Assembly: GCA_965249485.1 (NCBI GenBank)
Contig: CBDFMG010000005.1
Span: 1 to 64,000, forward strand
Length of the DNA: 64,000 nt
Reading direction: 5' to 3'
Origin: a bacterium
GTDB taxonomy: Bacteria > SM23-31
Shown here: positions 32,553 through 42,584 of the stretch, one piece after another
Position numbering within the stretch: the first letter of the stretch is position 1
Layout of the letters: the number at the start of each line of letters is the position of its first letter
The notes under the pieces: model-generated
Databases searched by the model: none
Told to the model about the DNA's origin: nothing
The model's input: only the letters and a program-made list of their open reading frames with translations
Made by a program: the position numbers and the translations under genes

Positions 32553-32588
32553 GTGAACTGCCACCGTACTTGTTGGGCGGTAGTTCAC
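32553..32588. mobile_element. double right-end palindrome of family A
   Basis: GTGAACTG-CCACCGTAC-TT-GTTGGGCGG-TAGTTCAC has a TTCAC end on both strands. Confidence 0.75.
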
Positions 32589-32611
32589 GAATGGCCCATA
32601 ATTCCTAGATC

Positions 32612-33301
32612 ATGAATAAAGAAAGCAGTCTGATATCACAACGCTGGAACGAGGAATACCAAAAAGGCAGGTATGATCACGCAAAACCAATTAGGTTTAT
32701 CACAAAGATCAAAGACACGCTTCAAAAAAACCAAGGAGATCATACCAAAGGTATCGGACTGTATGTGGGGTGCGGAAACGGAAGAAACTACATTCCCTTG
32801 GTAGATTCAGGCATGAATGTTCTTGGAATCGACATATCTCAGGTTGCCATAGATGAATTAACTCAAAAAATACCTAGACATTCAGACAAACTAGCATGTA
32901 CTGATTTCCTAGATTTTCATTCAGCAAAGTTACTTGATTACATTATTGCCATCCAAGTTTTTCAACATGGTGCAGAAAAGACAGTTGCCAGATATTTTGA
33001 GAAAGCATTTGAGATGCTAAAACATGGTGGATTGTTGTTTCTTCGTGTAAACTCTGAATCCACACAGATCTATTTCAAACATTCAGTGATAGAACACAAT
33101 AGTTTTGGCGGATTGACAGTAAAATACAATGAAGGACCAAAAAAAGATCTCAACACACATTTTTTCTCACGTAAAGAATTGGAACATGTTTTATGCAAAA
33201 ATTTTCAGTACCTATCAAAACCCCACGAAGATTCAGCATCACGACTCCCTCCAAAAACAGGCACGTGGTCCCAATGGGAATTGGTATTAAAAAAGAAATA
33301 G
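32612..33301 (+). CDS. class I SAM-dependent methyltransferase
   Basis: LYVGCGNGRN, GIDIS, LKHGGLLF. Confidence 0.85.
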   Translation: MNKESSLISQRWNEEYQKGRYDHAKPIRFITKIKDTLQKNQGDHTKGIGLYVGCGNGRNYIPLVDSGMNVLGIDISQVAIDELTQKIPRHSDKLACTDFLDFHSAKLLDYIIAIQVFQHGAEKTVARYFEKAFEMLKHGGLLFLRVNSESTQIYFKHSVIEHNSFGGLTVKYNEGPKKDLNTHFFSRKELEHVLCKNFQYLSKPHEDSASRLPPKTGTWSQWELVLKKK

Positions 33302-33318
33302 TTTGATGAAGATTTTAC

Positions 33319-33865
33319 AAAAATCAAGGCAAGAAAGCCCACACCGTTCAGGGTTGGGATGAATCGCCCAGAGACTTCAAGTATCAGAAAAATATTATGA
33401 TGCCATTGAACAAATCAAAATTCGCCTCATCAGTCGGTGCAGTGACACTGGATGCTGTGAAAAAATACATTGAGAAACAGAAAAAATGATCCTGACATAC
33501 GATATTAAACACAACAAAGATTTTTCTGCACAACTAATACAAGCCAAAAAGCAGGGAACAGAGGTTGCATATGTCGCACCGGCATACACAAGCCAGACTT
33601 GTAGCAGATGTGGGTCTCTGGACAACCGAAATGGAAAAAAGTTTCAATGTGTCTGCGGACACGCCGACCATGCAGATGTCAATGCGTCATTTAATATTGG
33701 AAAGCCAGTATCGTGTTGTTCTCCAGTGTTGCGAACACAAAACACGAGTCAGCTGTGCAAAGAAAGTGATTTGTGCAAGGGGAGCACTGACACCCCACAA
33801 GCGGCAATGTCAAAGATGATGATAGCCGCAGAACCCACGACACTTTAGCGAGTGGAGTATGTCAG
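33319..33865 (+). mobile_element. internally deleted IS605 family-B element, second copy
   Basis: Near-identical to 22157-22705; TTAC upstream; ends ATGTCAG. Confidence 0.85.
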
Positions 33866-33877
33866 AGCCAGATTGAT

Positions 33878-34276
33878 CCTGACGTGAAAGAGAAGCAGAG
33901 AGAGTACAGTAGAAGGCCTGACGTGAAAGAAAGAAAAAGAGAGTACAGTAGAAGGCCTGACGTGAAAGAGAAGAAAAAAGAGTACCGTAGAAGGCCTGAC
34001 GTGAAAGAAAGAAAAAGAGAATACGATAAAGAATCCTATAGCAGGCCTGACGTGAAAGAGAAGAGAAGAGAGTACCATCGAGAATACAGTAGAAGGCCTG
34101 ACGTGAAAGAGAAGCAGAGAGAATACAGCAGAAGGCCAGAGATAAAAGAGAAGAGAAGAGAGTACAGTAAAAAATACTATAGCAGGCCTGACGTGAAAGA
34201 GAAGCAGAGAGAGTACTACAGACAAAAGAAAAGAAAGTTGATGGAAAAAGGAAGAATGAAGATTGAAACCAACTGA
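33878..34276 (+). repeat. coding array 1 of (S/Y)RRPDVKEK(R/Q)REY units (39/51 bp)
   Basis: Recurrent GGCCTGACGTGAAAGAGAAG; open frame 33884-34276. Confidence 0.9.
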
Positions 34277-34347
34277 AAGAGAAGAGATGTTGGGCTCTAA
34301 AACCGTGATCATCCCCGATATTCACACATTCTTTGTAGTTGCAGAAA

Positions 34348-34396
34348 AGATGATAGCCGCAGAACCCACGACGCTTTAGCGAGTGGAGTATGTCAG
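34348..34396 (+). mobile_element. orphan family-B right end
   Basis: AGATGATAGCCGCAGAACCCACGACGCTTTAGCGAGTGGAGTATGTCAG. Confidence 0.8.
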
Positions 34397-34408
34397 AGCC
34401 AGATTGAT

Positions 34409-36269
34409 CCTGACGTGAAAGAGAAGCAGAGAGAATACTACAACAGATCTGACGTGAAAGAGAAGAGAAGAGAGTACAGTAGAAGGCCTGACGTGAAAGA
34501 GAAGAAAAAAGAGTACAGTAGAAGGCCTAGCGTGAAAGAAAAACAGAGAGAGTACAGAAGTAGGCCAGAGATAAAAGAGAAGAAAAGAGAGTACAATAAA
34601 GAATACTTTAGCAGGCCTGACGTGAAAGAGTACCATCGAAAATACTATAGAAGGCCTAGCGTGAAAGAAAAACAGAGAGAGTACAGAAGTAGGCCAGAGA
34701 TAAAAGAGAAGAGTAGAGAGTACAGTAACGAATACTTTAGCAGGCCTGACGTGAAAGAGAAGCAGAGAGAGTACTACAGAAGGCCTAGCGTGAAAGAGAA
34801 GAGAAGAGAGTACAGTAGAAGGCCTGACGTGAAAGAGAAGAGAAGAGAGTACAGTAGCAGACCTGACGTGAAAGAGAAGCAGAGAGAGTACCGTAGAAGG
34901 CCTGACGTGAAAGAGAAGCAGAGAGAGTACAGTAGAAGGCCTGACGTGAAAGAGAAGAGAAGAGAGTACAGTAGAAGGCCTGACGTGAAAGAAAGAAAAA
35001 GAGAATACGATAAAGAATACTTTAGCAGGCCTGACGTGAAAGAGAAGCAGAGAGAGAGTACTACAAAAGGCCAGAGATGAAAGAGAAGAAAAGAGAGTAC
35101 AGTAGAAGGCCTGACGTGAAAGAAAGAAAAAGAGAATACGGTAAAGAATACTATAGCAGGCCTGACGTGAAAGAGAAGCAGAGAGAGAGTACTACAAAAG
35201 GCCAGAGATGAAAGAGAAGCAGAGAGAGTACAGTAGAAGGCCTGACGTGAAAGAGAAGAGAAGAGAGTACAGTAAAGAATACTGTAGCAGGCCTGACGTG
35301 AAAGAGAAGCAGAGAGAGTACTACAGAAGGCCTGACGTGAAAGAGAAGCAGAGAGAGTACAGTAGAAGGCCTGACGTGAAAGAAAGAAAAAGAGAATACG
35401 ATAAAGAATACTATAGCAGGCCTGACGTAAAAAAGAAGCAGAGAGAGTACAGCAACAGGCCAGAGATAAAAGAGAAGAGAAGAGAGTACAGTAAAAAATA
35501 CTATAGCAGGCCTGACGTGAAAGAGAAGCAGAGAGAGTACAGCAGAAGGCCAGAGATAAAAGAGAAGAGAAGAGAGTACAGTAAAAAATACTATAGCAGG
35601 CCTGACGTGAAAGAGAAGCAGAGAGAGTACTACAAAAGGCCAGAGATGAAAGAGAAGAGAAGAGAGTACAGTAAAGAATACTGTAGCAGGCCTGACGTGA
35701 AAGAGAAGCAGAGAGAGTACAGCAACAGGCCAGAGATGAAAGAGAAGCAGAGAGAGTACCGTAGAAGGCCTGACGTGAAAGAAAGAAAAAGAGAATACGA
35801 TAAAGAATACAGTAGAAGGCCTGACGTGAAAGAGAAGAGAAAAGAGTACAGCAGAAGGCCAGAGATAAAAGAGAAGAGAAGAGAGTACAGTAAAGAATAC
35901 TGTAGCAGGCCTGACGTGAAAGAGAAGCAGAGAGAGTACAGCAACAGGCCAGAGATAAAAGAGAAGAGAAGAGAGTACAGTAAAAAATACTATAGCAGGC
36001 CTGACGTGAAAGAGAAGCAGAGAGAGTACAGCAACAGGCCAGAGATAAAAGAGAAGAGAAGAGAGTACAGTAAAAAATACTATAGCAGGCCTGACGTGAA
36101 AGAGAAGCAGAGAGAGTACAGTAGAAGGCCTGACGTGAAAGAAAGAAAAAGAGAATACGATAAAGAATACAGTAGAAGACCTGACGTGAAAGAGAAGAAA
36201 AGAGAGTACTACAGACAAAAGAAAAGAAAGTTGATGGAAAAAGGAGGAATGAAAATTGAAACCAACTGA
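34409..36269 (+). repeat. coding array 2 of RRPDVKEK units, with two +2 AG slips
   Basis: ORFs 34415-35080 and 35208-36269; (AG)5 instead of (AG)4 near 35049 and 35180. Confidence 0.9.
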
Positions 36270-36279
36270 AAGAGAAGAG

Positions 36280-36430
36280 GTGTCGGGCTCAGACCGTGAT
36301 TATCCCCGATATCCACACATTCTTTGTAGTTGCAGAAAAGATGATAGACAAGGAACGGCATGTCAATATCGTATCTTAGAGATTATTTTGATTCGTTCAC
36401 AAATTCATCTCAAATCACACAACAGCACAA
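36280..36430 (+). pseudogene. metallophosphoesterase 5' remnant (shorter stubs at ~34288-34356 and ~40007-40073)
   Basis: TVIIPDIHTFFVVAEKMIDKE..NIV..DYFDSFT aligns by eye with the 29897 protein. Confidence 0.7.
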
Positions 36431-36804
36431 ACACAGTTTAAAAATAATTTAGGTTGTATCCAGATCAAATCAAAATCATCAAGGAATTCATACCAAAATT
36501 TGGTTCCATTCAAAACCACATCGTATTGCTCATCCGCGATGGCAGACTCTATGAGAATGGTGCCGAAAACAAACAATGCTGTACTGGGATTCATTCCATG
36601 AGAATTGGTCAGACTGCATACATATTCGACGGAAAGCCATTTGGCTTGAAGAGTGTATTTTGTTCTGACTTGAGATGCTTCCTGGATAATTTAGAACCTG
36701 AGTCAGTCAAGATGTTTTCAGAGTCTACAAAAAAGAAAGAAAAAATGAAAGACCCAAGAAGAAGAGCGTCAGCCTGATGACATGTAAAGGAATCTGTGGT
36801 AGGT

Positions 36805-36846
36805 ACACGGCGAGAAGACCACCGTACTTGTACTGTGGTAGTTCAC
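36805..36846 (+). mobile_element. family-A mini-element lacking its first 3 nt; truncates a Zn-finger gene start (MTCKGICGRY)
   Basis: ACACGGCGAGAAGACCACCGTACTTGTACTGTGGTAGTTCAC. Confidence 0.8.
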
Positions 36847-37098
36847 CATGTTACTTGCACTTGTATTGATGGATATGGGAAATCCTTCTGGGATATATAA
36901 CAAGGTAAGTAGTTTAATAATTGAAGATCAAAAAAAATATGAAGAAAAAATTTCACTGATAAGAACTACTGATGATTGTGATATTCTACAAAAAGAGGCT
37001 CTGAAACTAATATCTCAAGGACACGATTCGTCTAATTTCTTCAAGGACAGAAAAGATAGGATGCTGGGCATTGCTGAGAAACGATACGATCTACTCTG

Positions 37099-37788
37099 TT
37101 GAATAATTCAACAAAACATCAAAAGTTCATCGTCTCTTATGGTGGTGGCATAAATTCAACTGCCATGATAGTGTGGCTGATTGCTCACAAAAGACCAGTT
37201 GATTATGTGGTGTTTTCTGATACTGGAAATGAGGTTCCTGAAACTTACCAGTACATCGAACAACACATGAAACCATACCTGAAAAAACATGACATTCCGT
37301 TTGTTACAGTGTATAACTACCAAAAGATATCGCTGTGGACCAGATGTATGATAAGAAAAGTTTTCCCTGACATGTACAGAAGATGGTGTACCAGAGATTT
37401 CAAGGTAAAGCCAATACACAGATTCTATCGCACTTTGAAATGTGATATTATAGAATACATGGGAATTGATTACGGCGAGATTAAAAGAATGAAACCATCT
37501 ACAGAAGAATACATCACAAAGGATTATCCACTAATTGATAATAAAATAGACCGAGATCAATGCATTTCAATCATTACTCAGGCCAAGATGCCAGTTCCTG
37601 TAAAGAGCGGGTGTTTTTTCTGTCCGTACAATAATCAGAAAAGATGGGCTTGGCTCAAAGAAACACATCCAGACCTATACAAGTTATCGGAGAAAGTGGA
37701 ACAAAACAGTAAGCATTATCCAAAGATGAGGTTAATCAATCTAGGAATAGGCAGTGATGAGATGTGCGATGGAGTATGTATGACATGA
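37099..37788 (+). CDS. PAPS-reductase-family protein, second paralog
   Basis: SYGGGINS, FSDTGNE, RWCTRDFKV, KSGCFFCPY. Confidence 0.8.
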   Translation: MNNSTKHQKFIVSYGGGINSTAMIVWLIAHKRPVDYVVFSDTGNEVPETYQYIEQHMKPYLKKHDIPFVTVYNYQKISLWTRCMIRKVFPDMYRRWCTRDFKVKPIHRFYRTLKCDIIEYMGIDYGEIKRMKPSTEEYITKDYPLIDNKIDRDQCISIITQAKMPVPVKSGCFFCPYNNQKRWAWLKETHPDLYKLSEKVEQNSKHYPKMRLINLGIGSDEMCDGVCMT

Positions 37789-38208
37789 GTTCAAATCAAG
37801 ACAAGAAGAACTTGAAGCATGCAATGACGATATTTTGTATGGTGCAGAATGTGATGCTTCCTGGATAATTTGGAACCAGAGTCAGTCAAGATGTTTTCAG
37901 AGTCTACAAAAAAGCAAAAATGAAAATTCTACAAAGAAAATGTCATCAGTGTGGCATGTTGATTCCTCAACGCTGTGTCGACCTACGTGTAAATCAAGAC
38001 GGCTTTGTCATAACACAGATTTCAGTAAAATGCCAAAAAGGACACCTACAACCAAGTGAATTTGAAGATGATGCTTTCTAAAAGATAGATGTCATTGCAG
38101 TTAATCGATGTCCCAAAAAAATTCATGATGAGATTAGACAACGAGTTCCAACTGAAAATATCCCAGTTCACGGACCATAGAGACTTTTAAATTCTAAATT
38201 CTCCAAAA

Positions 38209-39012
38209 ATGCCACAAATCTGTCAATGCAAAAACCTACAAACAATCTCAGACAATGTCACAGGCGAGATAATTTGCAAAAACTGCGGAACAGTTCTGGA
38301 ATCTCATACCATAGGTTACACTGTTCCAAATGAAAAAAACACTACACAAAGATATGATTACGGCATTGGAACAGAGCCTGTAAAGATAAAACTATCACAC
38401 CGCGTATCCGAGAAAATATCCCGAAATGAATCATTGATTGGGAATAGAACAAAGAAATTGTTCGTGACAATAACTTCAATGTTGCAAAAAATCTCAGCTA
38501 CCCAATCCATCAAAAACGATGCATACGCTCTTGGAAGAAAATGTGTCTCACATGAAATGACAAAAGGCAGAACGAAAATAAATGTCTCAGCTGCATGTGT
38601 CATGGCTGCCTGCAAGGTTAACGGCAAGATGATCTCAGAGACAGAGTTGCTATCACTCACAAATAGTTCCAAAAAACAGACCAGAAAAATTTACCGTATC
38701 ATTTTGGAGCAATTTGGAGTAAAACCAATCCCAGTCCATGAGCAGACAAGAAAACTAATCTGCAGAATATGTTCAGACCTCAACATACCACACAAAACAA
38801 TGACCAGGGCATTAGAATTATTGGAGAAAGTGAAACATGAAAATCCATGTATTTGTTCTCATCCTGGAACCGTATCTGCAACTATGGTGTATGTTGCAGC
38901 AGAAAAAAAATACCAACGGAAAAAAATCGCAGGCATAGTAGGGATATCAAACGTAAACATAGGGAGCCTTTACAGAAAGATGATGATAGCCGCAGAACCC
39001 ACGACGCTTTAG
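38209..39012 (+). CDS. tfb: divergent transcription factor B; last residues supplied by an IS right end
   Basis: Zn ribbon DNVTGEIICKNCGTV and two cyclin-like repeats (KGRTKINVSAACVMAACK); ends MMIAAEPTTL. Confidence 0.8.
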   Translation: MPQICQCKNLQTISDNVTGEIICKNCGTVLESHTIGYTVPNEKNTTQRYDYGIGTEPVKIKLSHRVSEKISRNESLIGNRTKKLFVTITSMLQKISATQSIKNDAYALGRKCVSHEMTKGRTKINVSAACVMAACKVNGKMISETELLSLTNSSKKQTRKIYRIILEQFGVKPIPVHEQTRKLICRICSDLNIPHKTMTRALELLEKVKHENPCICSHPGTVSATMVYVAAEKKYQRKKIAGIVGISNVNIGSLYRKMMIAAEPTTL

Positions 39013-39029
39013 CGAGTGGAGTATGTTAG
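38978..39029 (+). mobile_element. orphan family-B right end
   Basis: Same RE sequence, ending GTTAG. Confidence 0.8.
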
Positions 39030-39041
39030 AGCCAGATTGAT

Positions 39042-39995
39042 CCTGACGTGAAAGAGAAGAGAAGAGAGTACAGTAGAAGGCCTGACGTGAAAGAGAAGAG
39101 AAAAGAGTACAGTAGAAGGCCTGACGTGAAAGAAAGAAAAAGAGAATACGATAAAGAATACTTTAGCAGGCCTGACGTGAAAGAGAAGCAGAGAGAGTAC
39201 TACAAAAGGCCAGAGATGAAAGAGAAGAGAAGAGAGTACAGTAGAAGGCCTGACGTGAAAGAAAGAAAAAGAGAATACGATAAAGAATACTTTAGCAGGC
39301 CTGACGTGAAAGAGAAGCAGAGAGAGTACAGTAACAGGTCAGAGATGAAAGAGAAGAGAAGAGAGTACAGTAGAAGGCCTGACGTGAAAGAAAAGAGAAA
39401 AGAATACTGTAGCAGGCCTGACGTGAAAGAGAAGCAGAGAGGGTACAGTAGAAGGCCTGACGTGAAAGAAAAGAGAAGAGAGTACAGTAGAAGGCCTGAC
39501 GTGAAAGAAAAGAAAAAAGAGTACAGTAAAGAATACTTTAGCAGGCCTGACGTGAAAGAGAAGCAGAGAGAGTACTACAAAAGGCCAGAGATGAAAGAGA
39601 AGCAGAGAGAGTACAGTAGAAGGCCTGACGTGAAAGAAAGAAAAAGAGAATACGATAAAGAATACTTTAGCAGGCCTGACGTGAAAGAGAAGCAGAGAGG
39701 GTACAGTAGAAGGCCTGACGTGAAAGAGAAGCAGAGAGAGTACAGTAAAGAATACTTTAGCAGGCCTGACGTGAAAGAGAAGAGAAGAGAATACGATAAA
39801 GAATACAGTAGAAGGCCTGACGTGAAAGAGAAGAAAAAAGAGTACAGTAGAAGGCCTGACGTGAAAGAAAGAAAAAGAGAATACGATAAAGAGTACAGTA
39901 GAAGGCCTGATGTGAAAGAGAAGAGAAGAGAGTACTACAGACAAAAGAAAAGAAAGTTGATGGAAAAAGGAGGAATGAAGATTGAAACCAACTGA
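39042..39995 (+). repeat. coding array 3 of RRPDVKEK units
   Basis: ORF 39048-39995 with the same C-terminal cap QKKRKLMEKG.MKIETN. Confidence 0.9.
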
Positions 39996-40064
39996 AAGAG
40001 AAGAGATGTCGGGCTCAGACCGTGATCATCCCCGATATCCACACATTCTTTGTAGTTGCAGAAA

Positions 40065-40113
40065 AGATGATAGCCGCAGAACCCACGACGCTTTAGCGAG
40101 TGGAGTATGTCAG
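40065..40113 (+). mobile_element. orphan family-B right end just upstream of mcm
   Basis: Same RE sequence. Confidence 0.8.
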
Positions 40114-40126
40114 AACAAACTAGATA

Positions 40127-42223
40127 TTGCCTGATATAATATACACTGATTCTGCATTGTCAGATAAGTTAAAGGAATTTCTTCAAACTTTCAAGAAAGA
40201 TGGCAAATACATCTACGTTGATAAAATCGATTCCATGATGCCTAAAAACAGAGCTTGGCTCAAGGTAGATTATCTAGATTTTGTAGGAACTGAATTAGAG
40301 ACAATGTTTGGTAGTGACCCAGAGCGACTGATCAAGCAGTTCTCACGAGCCATAAAGGAAGTTCTTAACCAAAGATTCCATGATTTTGCAAACAGTGTAC
40401 AAAAAAAGATCAGTGTGCGAATAATGAATTACCCACTATGCATATCCACAAGAGAAATCAATGAGGACTGTATCGGCAAATTCATTTCAGTCTATGGATT
40501 CATAATTAAGACAAGCAGGCCTGTTTACATTCCAACCAAAATAATTTACACGTGTGAAGCGGGGCACGAGATAACAGTTGATTCAGATTTTGGAATTCCG
40601 GACGTGCCAGTTAGATGTAGCAATATTGAAGGTGGCAAGAGATGTACGAAAAGGTTTGAGATTGAAAATCCAATTGATTTGATTCCATTACAGAATGTAT
40701 CTGTTCAAGACTTACCAAGCGTTTTGCCCCCTGGAGAGATACCTGGCCAAAGTACTATTGCAGTAACTGGAAGTCTAATTGAAGAATGCAGACCCGGTGA
40801 CAAGGTAATCATCAGTGGTGTTTTAAAAAAACAGAGAATCATTACAAAGAAAAAACGATTGCAGATTCAATTCAGATTACAACTAAATGCGAATAATGTT
40901 AAAAAAATCTCATCTGAAAATACAGAGATCAGTGAAAAAACAAAACAAGAGATAGAGTCAATAATCAAAATGCCTGAAAAAAGAAGATATGAGATGCTGG
41001 TTAACTCTATTGCGCCCCATGTTCAGGGCTATGATCTAATCAAAGAATCACTATTGCTATTGCTTGCAGCACATGCACCAAAAGAACAGACAGATTATTC
41101 CAGGATAAAGTGGGATGGAATGGACGATGATGAAAACTATGTGGTAAAAAGAAGGTGGGACATCAACATATTTCTGGTAGGTGATCCTGGAACTGCAAAG
41201 AGTGAACTCTTAAAATTCGTAGCAAGGGTAGCTCCAAGAGGAATATACACATCTGGACAAGGCTCTACTGCCGTAGGTCTTACTGCAGCACTCATAAAAG
41301 ATCCAGTCACAAATGAATATCAGATAGCAGCAGGAGCTATGGTTTTGGCAGATCTGGGAGTAGTGTCTATTGACGAATTTGACAAGATGAAAGAGGAAGA
41401 CAGAAGCGCGTGCCATGAAACCATGGAGAACCAAACGGCAACAATAGCAAAGGGCGGGGTCTATGCTCAACTTAATGCAAGAACCTCTGTACTAGCAGCA
41501 GCAAATCCCAAACAAGGAAAATATGATCCATATGGTACAGTATATGAAAACACTAGACTGCCAATACCGTTGCTTACAAGGTTTGATCTAATCTGGAAGG
41601 TTCGTGACATTCCAGACAAGGAAAAAGACGCGCTGGTTGCACAAAGAATTATTGCCGCTGATACGAACATTGGGGAAATGACAAGAAACACGTTTTCTCC
41701 AAAACAACTAACACAGTATTTGACATACATCAAACAGATTCATCCAACCACAACAAAAGAAGCACAAAAAATGATGGAAGAATACTATGTAAAAATAAGA
41801 TCCAAAAATGATGAAGATTTTACAATCACGCCACGACAGTTTGAGGCAACACTTCGAATTGCCACTGCAAGAGCTACAGTATTGAACAAAAAAGTGGTGG
41901 ATGAGGAAGATGTGGAGCGGGCAATTTTCATCATGAGTAAAATGTTTGATGACACGGTAGTTGATCCTGCAACTGGAAAGAGAGACATGTCAGTAATGGA
42001 TACAGGCCACAGTAAATCAGACAATGCTAAATTTGATCTGGCAAAAGATATCATGATTGCACTGCAGGGGGAGTTCAACAATCCAATAGATGAGCAGGAA
42101 ATAATTGATGAATTTGCAAAAAGTGGCAGATTTGGCGACAATGCACGAAACTTTTTTGAAAAGTTAAAAAGTGAAAATCTGATTTACAATCCAAGTTCAG
42201 GTAAATGGCGATGGATACTGTGA
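40127..42223 (+). CDS. mcm: MCM replicative helicase
   Basis: GDPGTAKS Walker A, STAVGLTAA, IDEFDKM Walker B, AAANP, LTRFDL, ITPRQ. Confidence 0.95.
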   Translation: MPDIIYTDSALSDKLKEFLQTFKKDGKYIYVDKIDSMMPKNRAWLKVDYLDFVGTELETMFGSDPERLIKQFSRAIKEVLNQRFHDFANSVQKKISVRIMNYPLCISTREINEDCIGKFISVYGFIIKTSRPVYIPTKIIYTCEAGHEITVDSDFGIPDVPVRCSNIEGGKRCTKRFEIENPIDLIPLQNVSVQDLPSVLPPGEIPGQSTIAVTGSLIEECRPGDKVIISGVLKKQRIITKKKRLQIQFRLQLNANNVKKISSENTEISEKTKQEIESIIKMPEKRRYEMLVNSIAPHVQGYDLIKESLLLLLAAHAPKEQTDYSRIKWDGMDDDENYVVKRRWDINIFLVGDPGTAKSELLKFVARVAPRGIYTSGQGSTAVGLTAALIKDPVTNEYQIAAGAMVLADLGVVSIDEFDKMKEEDRSACHETMENQTATIAKGGVYAQLNARTSVLAAANPKQGKYDPYGTVYENTRLPIPLLTRFDLIWKVRDIPDKEKDALVAQRIIAADTNIGEMTRNTFSPKQLTQYLTYIKQIHPTTTKEAQKMMEEYYVKIRSKNDEDFTITPRQFEATLRIATARATVLNKKVVDEEDVERAIFIMSKMFDDTVVDPATGKRDMSVMDTGHSKSDNAKFDLAKDIMIALQGEFNNPIDEQEIIDEFAKSGRFGDNARNFFEKLKSENLIYNPSSGKWRWIL

Positions 42224-42259
42224 CAAAACAAAAAAGACGGCCAAAAAAGCATTATTATC

Positions 42260-42499
42260 TTGCCTGATAACATCCGCTACCCAAGAAATTTTCTTGACGA
42301 GTTCCTATCAGAAGTGAGTGAGATAATACGACTCCAAAAAAAGATAGGAAAGTCAAGAGTCAATACCACAATATCAACAGATACTCAAAGTAAATTCCAA
42401 GAATTTGTTAAAAAAAGACATAATGGATTGCTAAAAGGCCCATATTCTTATGAGTTGGAGAGAGCAATGTTGCTTTACCTTCATTTCTTTGATATATGA
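42260..42499 (+). CDS. putative ribbon-helix-helix-type DNA-binding protein
   Basis: SRVNTTIS..KFQEFV..H...KGPYSYELERAM; similar to the 43005 N-terminus. Confidence 0.5.
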   Translation: MPDNIRYPRNFLDEFLSEVSEIIRLQKKIGKSRVNTTISTDTQSKFQEFVKKRHNGLLKGPYSYELERAMLLYLHFFDI

Positions 42500-42584
42500 T
42501 CGCAAAAAATCATTCCAAAATAACCGATCAGCAATCATGCCAAGTCTTTGCAAGGCCATGCCTAGATCTCGGTGCACTTGCACA

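Noticed and set aside
33810..39944. Hydrophobic minus-strand ORFs (LLFHVRPSTV repeats)
   Set aside because: Antisense of purine-rich arrays. The + frame has a shared C-terminal cap and follows the local gene direction, though antisense expression is not formally excluded.
33878..39995. CCTGACGTGAAAGAGAAG arrays as CRISPR
   Set aside because: The intervening sequences are recurring variants rather than unique spacers, unit lengths are multiples of 3 in an open frame, and no cas genes are present.
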